Shown here piece after piece: positions 19,086-27,833 of a stretch of DNA of 64,000 bases. Below the pieces are notes generated by a model, which worked only from the letters and a program-made list of their open reading frames with translations, ran no database searches and was not told the DNA's origin. Source of the DNA: Candidatus Heimdallarchaeota archaeon (lineage in GTDB: Archaea; Asgardarchaeota; Heimdallarchaeia; Heimdallarchaeales; Heimdallarchaeaceae); NCBI GenBank assembly GCA_019057375.1, contig DXJF01000011.1, forward strand, positions 32,001-96,000, in the 5' to 3' direction. Each line of letters starts with the position of its first letter. The first letter of the stretch is position 1. Made by a program: the position numbers and the translations under genes.

Positions 19086-21071
19086 ATGAGTTCATACGTC
19101 AAGAAAGTGTCCTCTTCAATGGGTAACAAACAAAATATTAGAAATGTTAGTGTAGTTAGCCATGTAGATCATGGGAAAACTACTCTTTCGGATCATTTGC
19201 TTCAAGCAGGAGGTTTAATATCTAAAACAATGGCTGGAAGTGCTAGAGCTTTAGATTATCTAGAAGAGGAACAAAAAAGAGGCATTACTATAAAAACAGC
19301 AAATATCTCATTTATTTTTGAACAAGAAAATGAACCTTATTTAGTAAACTTAGTAGATACTCCTGGGCACGTAGATTTCTCAGGAATGGTTTCACAAGCA
19401 TTGAGATTGGTTGACGGAGTGATAATTGTTGTTGATGCTGTTGAACAGATAATGGCTCAAACTGAATCAGTAATTAGACAATCAATGAAAGAATATCTAA
19501 GACCAATTCTTTTCATAAATAAAGTTGACAGGTTGGTAAATGAACTTAAATTACCAAAAGAGGAAATCGAAACAAGGATCAACAACATCATTGAAATGGT
19601 AAACGAACTTATTGACCAATATAGCATTAATTCTGACAACAAAGAGTGGAAAGTAAGATTTGATAAAGGTACAGTAATCATAGGATCGGCATTGAATGGT
19701 TGGGCTATCTCATCCTACTCCAAAATGATTCCGCATTTTGATATGATTATTAAACATCATAAAGAAGATAATGTTGAGCAACTAAGAAGCAATTTTCCAA
19801 TTATGGATGCTTTCCTAACATCAATAATAGAAAATGTTCCTAGTCCTAAAGAAGCTCAATTTAAACGAATTCAATATATTACTCAATTTATGGATGAGGG
19901 CTCAAAAAAAGCAATACAGGAATGCAGTGATGCAGGTCCTTTGATTTCATGCCTTGGGAAGCTGCTTTATGAAGATAATAGGGGTATTATTTCAGTTATA
20001 AGAATATTTTCAGGATCAGTAAAATCAGGTTCTACAATACGAAATCGAAGAACTGGAGAAACAACTAGAATTCAACAGGTTTGTATCTATAAAGGTCAAT
20101 CCTTAGTAACAATTGATTCAGTTGGAGCAGGTAATATCGCGGTTATTATTGGTTTAAAGAATGTACAAATTGGAGATACACTTGTAGTTGAAAGTGAAAA
20201 CCCTCCAAATGTACTTTTTAGTCAAATTTTCTATCTACAAGAATCTGTTATTTCCCAAAGAATAGAGCCAAAAAGAGTTTCAGATATTCCAAAACTACAA
20301 AAGAATCTAGAAATTTTGTCTTTAATTAAACCTAATTTTCATAACTCAACAGATGAAAATACTGGTGAAATGAAAATATATGGGATTGGTGAGCTTCAAC
20401 TTGAAATTATCATTGGAGAGATAGAAAAAACTGGTATAGCTGTTGAAGTTTCAAATCCTGAAGTAACTTTAATAGAGCAAATTGAAGAAGAAGTAAGGCT
20501 ACAAAAGAAAGATTATTTGGATTTGCTCAAAATAGAGTTAACTTGTATGTCTTCACAAGAGGATACTAAGGATTGTATATACAGTGATTACAGAGATAAC
20601 TGTTTGAAAGTAGATACTAAAATTACAACAGAAGAGATTCAAGATTTACTTAGAATTGGTTTTCGAAATGCTATTCTACGTGGTCCCCTGAAAGGATATC
20701 CAGTTCGGAAACTTACTTTAATAATTCATGATATTCAAGAATTATCTCCAGATTCGCTTAGATATGAGATAATTGTTCCATTAGTAAGAAACGCTGTTCA
20801 CGAAGCATTACAAAAGGGGAAAATTGGAATTTTTGAACCAATTTATCGCTTCTCAATAAACACTCCTCTTCATTATCTAGGACCTGTTTTGATTGTTATG
20901 CAGAAATTTGGTAGTACTATTGAAGATACAGAACACATCGCATCAAGATCAACTATAGAAGGTGTAATTAGTGTCGAATCTTCTCTTCAAATAGCTTCGG
21001 AGTTAAGAGCAGCTTCCGATGGTTATGCTTTCTGGCAATTTGAGTTTCTTGGATTCAAAAGAAAAAACTAA
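19086..21071 (+). CDS. Elongation factor 2 paralogue (aEF-2p-like, lacks diphthamide motif)
   Basis: G1 SHVDHGKTT, RGITI, DTPGH, NKVD; domain IV reads ELSPDSLRYEIIVP where canonical aEF-2 has DAIHRGPAQIIP; shortened C-terminus. Confidence 0.85.
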   Translation: MSSYVKKVSSSMGNKQNIRNVSVVSHVDHGKTTLSDHLLQAGGLISKTMAGSARALDYLEEEQKRGITIKTANISFIFEQENEPYLVNLVDTPGHVDFSGMVSQALRLVDGVIIVVDAVEQIMAQTESVIRQSMKEYLRPILFINKVDRLVNELKLPKEEIETRINNIIEMVNELIDQYSINSDNKEWKVRFDKGTVIIGSALNGWAISSYSKMIPHFDMIIKHHKEDNVEQLRSNFPIMDAFLTSIIENVPSPKEAQFKRIQYITQFMDEGSKKAIQECSDAGPLISCLGKLLYEDNRGIISVIRIFSGSVKSGSTIRNRRTGETTRIQQVCIYKGQSLVTIDSVGAGNIAVIIGLKNVQIGDTLVVESENPPNVLFSQIFYLQESVISQRIEPKRVSDIPKLQKNLEILSLIKPNFHNSTDENTGEMKIYGIGELQLEIIIGEIEKTGIAVEVSNPEVTLIEQIEEEVRLQKKDYLDLLKIELTCMSSQEDTKDCIYSDYRDNCLKVDTKITTEEIQDLLRIGFRNAILRGPLKGYPVRKLTLIIHDIQELSPDSLRYEIIVPLVRNAVHEALQKGKIGIFEPIYRFSINTPLHYLGPVLIVMQKFGSTIEDTEHIASRSTIEGVISVESSLQIASELRAASDGYAFWQFEFLGFKRKN

Positions 21072-21086
21072 CCATGAAGATTTGAT

Positions 21087-21145
21087 GGCTCAGTACTCAA
21101 GATCCTCAACATCTAGTTCAGTCAAGGGCTAGATTCTTCATTGCC
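21087..21145 (-). ncRNA. C/D-box guide sRNA (predicted Cm34 of tRNA-Leu CAA)
   Basis: GGC A ATGAAGA(C) ATCTAGCCCTTGA CTGA(D') ACTAG ATGTTGA(C') GGATCTTGAGTA CTGA(D) GCC; terminal stem, 59 nt, 12-13-nt guides. Confidence 0.8.
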
Positions 21146-21171
21146 AGATAAAGATTAACTATCTTATTCTT

Positions 21172-22485
21172 TTATTTTCCCATTTCAGTAAGTATTCTTT
21201 CAGAGATTTTTGAACATTTTTCTATTATTTTATTTTTGTCTAATGTTTTGTGTTTTCTATTTTCATAAATAAAGTTACCATTTACGAAAAGATCTGTAAC
21301 ATCAGAACTTAATGACGAATATATTACATTTGACAAGGGATCATTCTGTGGCCAAGAATGGCTTCTCTCAAATGATAAAAGTGTGATATCTGCAACAGAA
21401 CCTTTTGATATTCCAGATGAAGGTTCTCCTAAAGCTTTCATCCCTTGTATAGTTCCTACAGTAAGAATTTCGGAGTTTCTTATTACTTTAGGGTCATTTG
21501 CCAAATATTTTTGCAACATTGCAGCTGTTGATATTTCCTCTAGCATTCCTAAATCATTGTTGGAAGCATTTCCATCGGTTCCTATTGCTACATCAATTCC
21601 TGAATCTAGATATTTGTAGATTGGAGCAATTCCAGTTGACATCTTTAAATTAGATTGTGGATTATGAAGTACAGTAAAATCATTTTCCTTCATAATACTC
21701 ATGTCTTGTTCATTTGTGTGAACACAGTGTGCACCTAGAATTTTCAAATCTGTTAATCCAATGCTTTGCACATATTGAATTGGAGACATTTGAAACTGAT
21801 CATTGGCATCTTCTACTTCCTTCCTTGTTTCATTTAGATGGATATGAACTGGAATATTATATTCAGATGCTAAATCTGCTATCTGAAGTAAATATTCTTC
21901 AGGTACAGAATATGGTGCATGAGGACCAATTCCATACTTTACAAGTTGATGCTCACCAGAAGCTTTTCTTCTCACAAGATTGGAAACATGCTTCCAAGTA
22001 TTTTCTAGACTCCCAGATTCTGGAGTATTATCAAAAACAGATGGACAAAGAAGAGCTCTGATATTAGCTTCTTTAGCAGCTTTTTCAATGCTTTCAGCGT
22101 AAAAATACTGATCAATGAATCCACTTATTCCTGATTCAATTAGCTCTAAGCATCCTAGAAGTGCCCCATAATACGCATCTTCTGAACTCATTCTCATTTC
22201 AAATGGCCAAATATAATCATTTAACCAAGTAAGGAGTTTTTCATTATCACATATTCCTCTTAGAAGTGTTTCAGGAAGATGGGTATGTGCATTGATGAAA
22301 GAAGGTATTGCAATATGATTATTGCGTTCAATCTTGTCATGCCCTGAAATTAAGCTTTTAACTTCTGCAGATTTTCCTACAGCGATTATTTCACTGTTTT
22401 CAATTAAAATTGCTCCATTTCTAATCAGTTTATTGCAATCGGGACCAGCGATGATATACTTGAGTTCTAGATAATACTCGTTCAT
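21172..22485 (-). CDS. Amidohydrolase, MTA/SAH deaminase family
   Basis: NAHTH, HAPYS, HIHLNET, HNPQSNLK, GTDG. Confidence 0.9.
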   Translation of the reverse strand: MNEYYLELKYIIAGPDCNKLIRNGAILIENSEIIAVGKSAEVKSLISGHDKIERNNHIAIPSFINAHTHLPETLLRGICDNEKLLTWLNDYIWPFEMRMSSEDAYYGALLGCLELIESGISGFIDQYFYAESIEKAAKEANIRALLCPSVFDNTPESGSLENTWKHVSNLVRRKASGEHQLVKYGIGPHAPYSVPEEYLLQIADLASEYNIPVHIHLNETRKEVEDANDQFQMSPIQYVQSIGLTDLKILGAHCVHTNEQDMSIMKENDFTVLHNPQSNLKMSTGIAPIYKYLDSGIDVAIGTDGNASNNDLGMLEEISTAAMLQKYLANDPKVIRNSEILTVGTIQGMKALGEPSSGISKGSVADITLLSFERSHSWPQNDPLSNVIYSSLSSDVTDLFVNGNFIYENRKHKTLDKNKIIEKCSKISERILTEMGK

Positions 22486-22546
22486 TAATAATCAGTTAAA
22501 CTTTCGTTAAACCTAAAAGAAAAATGTTTCCCTTCCCTTGAGCTAT

Positions 22547-23779
22547 TCAAATATCTTCCATTTCGAATATCTTAGTGAGTCGAAACTCTTTTTCTAGAAC
22601 TTCTCTTACTTGTCTGTGAGGAACAGTAAGATGAATTCTCTTTGATCTACCATAACGTCCTTTACTTATTACTTGAGCAGTAACAATTCCTAACATATCT
22701 AACTCATTAATTAGATCACCTACTCGTCTAGCAGTCAATATATCTAGACGAATAAGTTTGCATATCCTAGAATATAGTTCGTAAACATCACCAGTGGTAA
22801 TTTCTTCGGATTTTCCTTCTCCTATAAAAATTGCTTGTAAAACAGCTTTAGTTTGTATCGGTAGAGTGTCAAGTACCTCAATTACTGTGTTCCTTTCAAT
22901 CACTTGTTGTGCTTTTCTAACATGTAATTCTGTAACAGTTTCATCGCCATTCCTCTCCGCCAACTCAGCTGCTACACGAAGTAAATCTAATGATCTTCTT
23001 GCATCTCCATGTTGTTGTGCTCCTACAGCTGAGCAGAGATTAATTACACCAAATTCTAGAACTCCCTTATGAAATGCTATATCAGTTCTTTGTGTAAGGA
23101 TATCTCGAAGTTGTTCAGCAGAATAAGGGGAAAAAACAATTTCTTCTTCACTTAAACTACTTCTAATACGAGGATCAAGAGTTTCTTTGAAGTTCACATC
23201 ATTAGTTATCCCTATAATACTAATCCTAGATGACTCTAAATTACTATTCATGCGTGTTAAAATATACAATGACTCGGAACTTTTACTATATAACATATCC
23301 ACTTCATCTAGAACTGTAACATGAAGTGTGTTGAGTTCATCTAATGCTTCTTTGAATTTCTGATAAACAACATCAAAATGTAAACCTGTAATCGGAACAT
23401 CTATTCCAATATCCTCACATAATTGTGTTAATACTCTATATTTGGTATCAACATGCTGACAATTCATATAACTATATTTAAAAGATAAATTTCTCGTTTC
23501 AGCCCTTTCCCTTAGTTTAGACAGAACTTGTTTTGTTACAGCTGTTTTACCAGTTCCTGTTGTTCCATAAATAAAAACGTTTGAAGGTGCCCCACCTCTT
23601 AAAGAAGGTGCCAAAATTTTTACTAGTTCCTCAAATTTATCGTCTCTATGGGGGAGAACATCTGGTACATGGTTTGGAGTTAATACTTCACGATTACTGA
23701 ATATCTTTGTTTGTGCATCAAGAACTCTATCAAATATTTCATCAATATTGGATTTGTTTTTCTCACCCATTATTGCCAT
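22547..23779 (-). CDS. cdc6: Cdc6/Orc1 replication initiator
   Basis: GTTGTGKT, VLDEVD, HGDARRSLDLLR, C-terminal winged helix with GRYGR. Confidence 0.96.
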   Translation of the reverse strand: MAIMGEKNKSNIDEIFDRVLDAQTKIFSNREVLTPNHVPDVLPHRDDKFEELVKILAPSLRGGAPSNVFIYGTTGTGKTAVTKQVLSKLRERAETRNLSFKYSYMNCQHVDTKYRVLTQLCEDIGIDVPITGLHFDVVYQKFKEALDELNTLHVTVLDEVDMLYSKSSESLYILTRMNSNLESSRISIIGITNDVNFKETLDPRIRSSLSEEEIVFSPYSAEQLRDILTQRTDIAFHKGVLEFGVINLCSAVGAQQHGDARRSLDLLRVAAELAERNGDETVTELHVRKAQQVIERNTVIEVLDTLPIQTKAVLQAIFIGEGKSEEITTGDVYELYSRICKLIRLDILTARRVGDLINELDMLGIVTAQVISKGRYGRSKRIHLTVPHRQVREVLEKEFRLTKIFEMEDI

Positions 23780-23890
23780 CTCTTAGCTACTATGACTGTA
23801 CTTTTGTGACTATTGTTTAACTTTGTCGATAGATGTTGACTAAAACAATTATCAGATTTATGAATTGAATCAAGAAAAAGCTAAACTATT

Positions 23891-24205
23891 TCATGCTAGC
23901 TTGAATAGAACCTTTGGTCTTCCTCTAGTACTTCGTGGAACTGATTCTTTCGCGATAACTCCATTAGATATCATTTTAGTCAAGTTGTCATATAGGGTTG
24001 AACGTGGAATATGAGTTAATGAAACTAGTTCATTTCTGGTAAGTGGTCCATGATCTCTAAGTAAGTTAATCAAAAGATTCTCTAATTCTATTTCTTGATC
24101 GGTTTCGTCTGAGTAAACATACACACGACGACTACTGATAACAACCCCTTGTATAGGAGATTTTTCCTTTATCTTCTTTGTTAGCATATTTTTGCTCTGC
24201 TGCAT
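23891..24205 (-). CDS. Small winged-helix transcription regulator (TrmB/ArsR-like)
   Basis: GPLTRNELV..THIPRSTLYDNL..M...G...GRPKVLF. Confidence 0.75.
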   Translation of the reverse strand: MQQSKNMLTKKIKEKSPIQGVVISSRRVYVYSDETDQEIELENLLINLLRDHGPLTRNELVSLTHIPRSTLYDNLTKMISNGVIAKESVPRSTRGRPKVLFKLA

Positions 24206-24296
24206 TTTATCACTTTGTCGGATTTTCTACATGGTTAGAGGATTAATGTCGAATAAATAATTCAATATAATCTGGAGAATATCAGAGTAATATCTA

Positions 24297-24683
24297 ATGT
24301 TTTTTTATGATGAAAGTATAAATACATGTCTCAAGATGACAGTTGATAAAATAAGTGATGTTAAAATCAATTTGCAGGATGCCATAAAGGATTTAGATTA
24401 TCAAATACAATCTCTCTCACAACAAGATCCTTTATTTGGTTTCATTAGCTCAAAGTATATCAGATGTGGTAGAGAAAACTGTAGATGTAATAAAAGTCCT
24501 AAATCTCAACACGGACCGTATTTCTATCTGAGACTAGAGCCTGAATATAAGTTCACCAAATATCTTGGTAAAAGAATACCAGATGCAGTTGAAGAAAGAA
24601 TTATTATAGGATCTACAATTAAAGAACTAGAAAGGAAAAGAAAAAAACTGAACTTAACTCTAGAAAAAATTGACAACCTTTAA
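24297..24683 (+). CDS. DUF6788-like Zn-binding protein
   Basis: RCGRENCRC...HGPYFY motif with flanking coiled coils. Confidence 0.65.
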   Translation: MFFYDESINTCLKMTVDKISDVKINLQDAIKDLDYQIQSLSQQDPLFGFISSKYIRCGRENCRCNKSPKSQHGPYFYLRLEPEYKFTKYLGKRIPDAVEERIIIGSTIKELERKRKKLNLTLEKIDNL

Positions 24684-25039
24684 ATCCTATTCATTTGCTT
24701 ATCAGTTACCCACTTAAGCCCTTTTTACGTATTTATTTAAACTTGAAAATAGTGTAATACTCAAGTATTACGTTTTCTGATGTTTTTCACAAAATAAATG
24801 TAATACGTAATGAATACAATATACACACTAAACACAAGCGCTTCACTTTTGCTGTAAATGGTCTCTAATTTTGTTATTCTTTGATTATGCTGTCTTCATA
24901 GATCATGTGAAACTTGTTATTATACAGTTCACTGTATTTCCAAAACTTTGTGAACAGAGCTTTTCTTACGACAAAAATTCTAATACTGAACATTGTTAAT
25001 CTAAGAAGAATTTTCACTTTTGTGAATGAAAAAAGTAGA

Positions 25040-25062
25040 CCCCTTTATTTCCACTGGAAAAC
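25040..25062 (-). promoter_or_regulatory. ORB element (Cdc6/Orc1 binding site), cluster 1
   Basis: Revcomp GTTTTCCAGTGGAAATAAAGGGG matches the archaeal ORB consensus with G-string; partial opposed copy TTTTCCAATAGAA at 25147-25159. Confidence 0.8.
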
Positions 25063-25336
25063 TTCAATATCTTCTGTTTTGAACCGTTCACAAGGTGTGA
25101 ATGCGTTATTAGGCCAAAACAATGATGGAATCCTAACTTTGAAAGATTTTCCAATAGAACACTTCACAAAACTTTGTGAATTCATTTGTATAAAATAGTT
25201 TTACAGTTATAATAAGTGATAATAACTCACTACAAAGATAGTTTTTATTTGTTAATGTTTTTGGAAAAATCAAAGAGGAATAGTTAAATAAGAACCGTTG
25301 TTGTAGTATTCAATCAAAGTATAGTAATTCATTTTT

Positions 25337-26482
25337 ATGGTGAATATAATGACTGATTTCAATATCAAAATTTTAGAAGAATTATCAAATGAGTTTGGAC
25401 CTTCTGGTTTTGAATGGGAAGTTCAAACTATTTTAAAGAAATATGTTAAAGCATTTGCTGATGAAATACTTCAAGATAAAACAGGAACACTTGTTTTCAC
25501 ATCCAAAGGAAAAGAAGATGGTCCAAAAATCATGATTGCCGGGCACATGGATGAAATAGGCTTTCAAGTATCAGCCATTACTAAAGATGGTTTTCTCAAA
25601 TTCCATCAGCTTGGTGGATGGTGGGATCAGACCCTTCTATCTCAAAGAGTTAAAATCAGAACAGTAGAAGGTAAACTCTACCCAGGTATCATAGCTGCCA
25701 AACCTCCTCATGTTGTTGACCCTGAAGAACGCAATAAAGTTGTTACGAAGGCTAAAATGTTCATAGATATTGGTTGTACTTCAATCGACGAAGCAAAAGA
25801 ACTAGGTATTCGTATAGGTGATCCTATTATGCCTGATGCCAAATTTGAAATCTGGGAGCGACCTCGTATCAAGAAAGAAGACAAAGATACAGAAGAGAAG
25901 AGTTCGGTTACTCTTGCAGTTGGTAAAGCCTTCGATGACCGTATTGGGGCCTTAATCATCGCTGAAGTTATCCGCAAACTCAAAGAGGCAAATATTACTC
26001 ATCCTAACATTGTATATGGAGCTGCTACTGTCCAAGAAGAGGTTGGTTTAAGGGGGGCACGCACAGCTGCTCAGATGATCAAACCTGACATAGGTATAGC
26101 TCTAGAAGTAGATATAGCTGGAGATGTTCCAGGTATTGACGATACAAAAGCCCCAGCAAAGATGGGTAAAGGACCTAGTATTTTAACCTATGATGGATCA
26201 ATGATACCTAACCCCCGATTCAGAGATTTCGTTATCAAGACAGCTGAAGAACTAGACATTCCACACCAACTTTCTCTAGTACCAGGAGGAGGAACAGATG
26301 CAGGAGTAATCCATTTAACAGATATGGGGTGCCCAAGTATAGTCATAGGAATACCAACAAGACATATTCATGCACATAATGGGATATTAGATCTAAACGA
26401 CGTAACCAATGCAATTAAGCTCATAATCAAGTTGGTTGAAAGGCTGGATAAAGAGACAGTAGAAGGATTTACAAGAATTTAA
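25337..26482 (+). CDS. M42 (TET) aminopeptidase
   Basis: GPSGFE, GHMDEIG, KAFDDR, QEEVGLRGA, HIHAH. Confidence 0.93.
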   Translation: MVNIMTDFNIKILEELSNEFGPSGFEWEVQTILKKYVKAFADEILQDKTGTLVFTSKGKEDGPKIMIAGHMDEIGFQVSAITKDGFLKFHQLGGWWDQTLLSQRVKIRTVEGKLYPGIIAAKPPHVVDPEERNKVVTKAKMFIDIGCTSIDEAKELGIRIGDPIMPDAKFEIWERPRIKKEDKDTEEKSSVTLAVGKAFDDRIGALIIAEVIRKLKEANITHPNIVYGAATVQEEVGLRGARTAAQMIKPDIGIALEVDIAGDVPGIDDTKAPAKMGKGPSILTYDGSMIPNPRFRDFVIKTAEELDIPHQLSLVPGGGTDAGVIHLTDMGCPSIVIGIPTRHIHAHNGILDLNDVTNAIKLIIKLVERLDKETVEGFTRI

Positions 26483-26546
26483 CAAGAAGAGGGGGAGGAG
26501 AAAGGATTTTTTTATAAAAAAAGAACAGTAAAAGAGACCAAGAAAA

Positions 26547-26649
26547 TCTTACCACAAAGTAATAAAATTGTGTTGTAAGAAGAATAAAAAAGTAGGAGAA
26601 AGGAAAAAATGAAAATCTTACCACAAGAAAAATAATTTGCGTGGTAAGA
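26547..26649. repeat. Two copies of a 9-16-9 inverted repeat TCTTACCAC-N16-GTGGTAAGA
   Basis: 26547-26580 (one mismatch) and 26616-26649; third copy at 52301-52334. Confidence 0.75.
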
Positions 26650-26691
26650 TTCTTGCAGCTTTAATTTCGCTGCAGTGGATGTTAAAAATAG

Positions 26692-27153
26692 TTATTTCAA
26701 GAGATCTGCTGGTATTTCAAGAACCTTTAGTTCTCCGTAGTTTTCTAAGAGTTTCTTTGTAACTGAATACAATCTTTGTGATACACTTCCCTTTCTATTT
26801 AACATTTTTTCATCTGCTAATCTCGATAAGTAAGTGCTAACTGTACTCATTTTTACCCCTTCCCTGAATATTATTTCGTATAATTCACATACTTCATTTG
26901 AAATAAACCAATCACCTTCAGGATAATGGTTTCGAATTATACTTGCAATTCTTTCTATCTTTGAAGCCCCTAAAAGATCATTAATGCTTGTAACCTTTTG
27001 CTGTTCTCTTTCTTCTTCAGCTGGATCTGTTCCCTCAGATTTTCCTGTAACTAGAGCAAGTGTTGTCTTAAGACTCTCTGTATCTCCAGAAGGTATTCGT
27101 ATGATCGTTCCATCAGGTAGTTTGATTGTAACCTCTTTAGGCATATTACTCAC
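26692..27153 (-). CDS. Winged-helix protein adjacent to origin
   Basis: C-terminal wHTH WFISNEVCELYE...STVSTYLSRL..E..L.RKG....RLYS. Confidence 0.65.
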   Translation of the reverse strand: MSNMPKEVTIKLPDGTIIRIPSGDTESLKTTLALVTGKSEGTDPAEEEREQQKVTSINDLLGASKIERIASIIRNHYPEGDWFISNEVCELYEIIFREGVKMSTVSTYLSRLADEKMLNRKGSVSQRLYSVTKKLLENYGELKVLEIPADLLK

Positions 27154-27273
27154 TTTATTACTTACAATACTTTTTCAATCTAAGTTTATAAGGATAGATA
27201 TCATGTTAGACTATTTATAAACCATTAAAAACTTTAGTAATATCTTAGATTTGTAAGGCAAATATATCTCCCA

Positions 27274-27451
27274 CCCCATTTCTTCCAGTAGAACTGTTTA
27301 TATTAAAAAATAGATATTTTCCTAATTGAAAAACGAAACATTTATATAATTAGACATTTATTTTCATCTAGGACTATGTACAAATAATATATGTACACAT
27401 ATCTCCATAATATGTACAAATATACCTTTTTCCAATAGAAACAAAGGGGGG
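27274..27451. promoter_or_regulatory. Probable replication origin: inverted ORB pair flanking AT-rich DUE (cluster 2)
   Basis: Minus-strand ORB GTTCTACTGGAAGAAATGGGG (27274-27294), plus-strand ORB TTTTCCAATAGAAACAAAGGGGGG (27428-27451), AT-rich spacer; cdc6 3.5 kb away. Confidence 0.75.
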
Positions 27452-27525
27452 CGAGTGTGTACAAATTTTTCACATTCTAGCAGTTCCACAAGTTTAAAAT
27501 ATTTCAATTGTGAATTTTCGATATC

Positions 27526-27807
27526 ATGGTTACACGAGTGCGTTTTTGTGCGAAGTGTGGAAGACCTGTTCCAAATAAAGCTAGTTACTGCGCAGATTGT
27601 ACTGCTGATCTAACAGCAGGTATTCAAGATAGATGTGATATTTGTGGTAAAAGTAAACATATGTCTCCACTAACATACAATACTAGAATTAAGAAAGTTT
27701 ATTGCAAAGATTGTCTTAACGTCTTTGTTGCTGGACTTAGGAGTAAAGAAATACCTCAGAGAGAAATTAATAAGATGCTAACCAAGGATTTTGTCCCAAT
27801 TACCTAA
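27526..27807 (+). CDS. Small multi-Zn-finger protein
   Basis: CAKC..CADC, CDIC..H...CKDC. Confidence 0.65.
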   Translation: MVTRVRFCAKCGRPVPNKASYCADCTADLTAGIQDRCDICGKSKHMSPLTYNTRIKKVYCKDCLNVFVAGLRSKEIPQREINKMLTKDFVPIT

Positions 27808-27833
27808 TAAACCATAAAATAGCATATTTTTAG

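Noticed and set aside
24914-25198. 94-aa ORF across ORB cluster 1
   Set aside because: TTG start, no recognisable features, overlaps regulatory repeats
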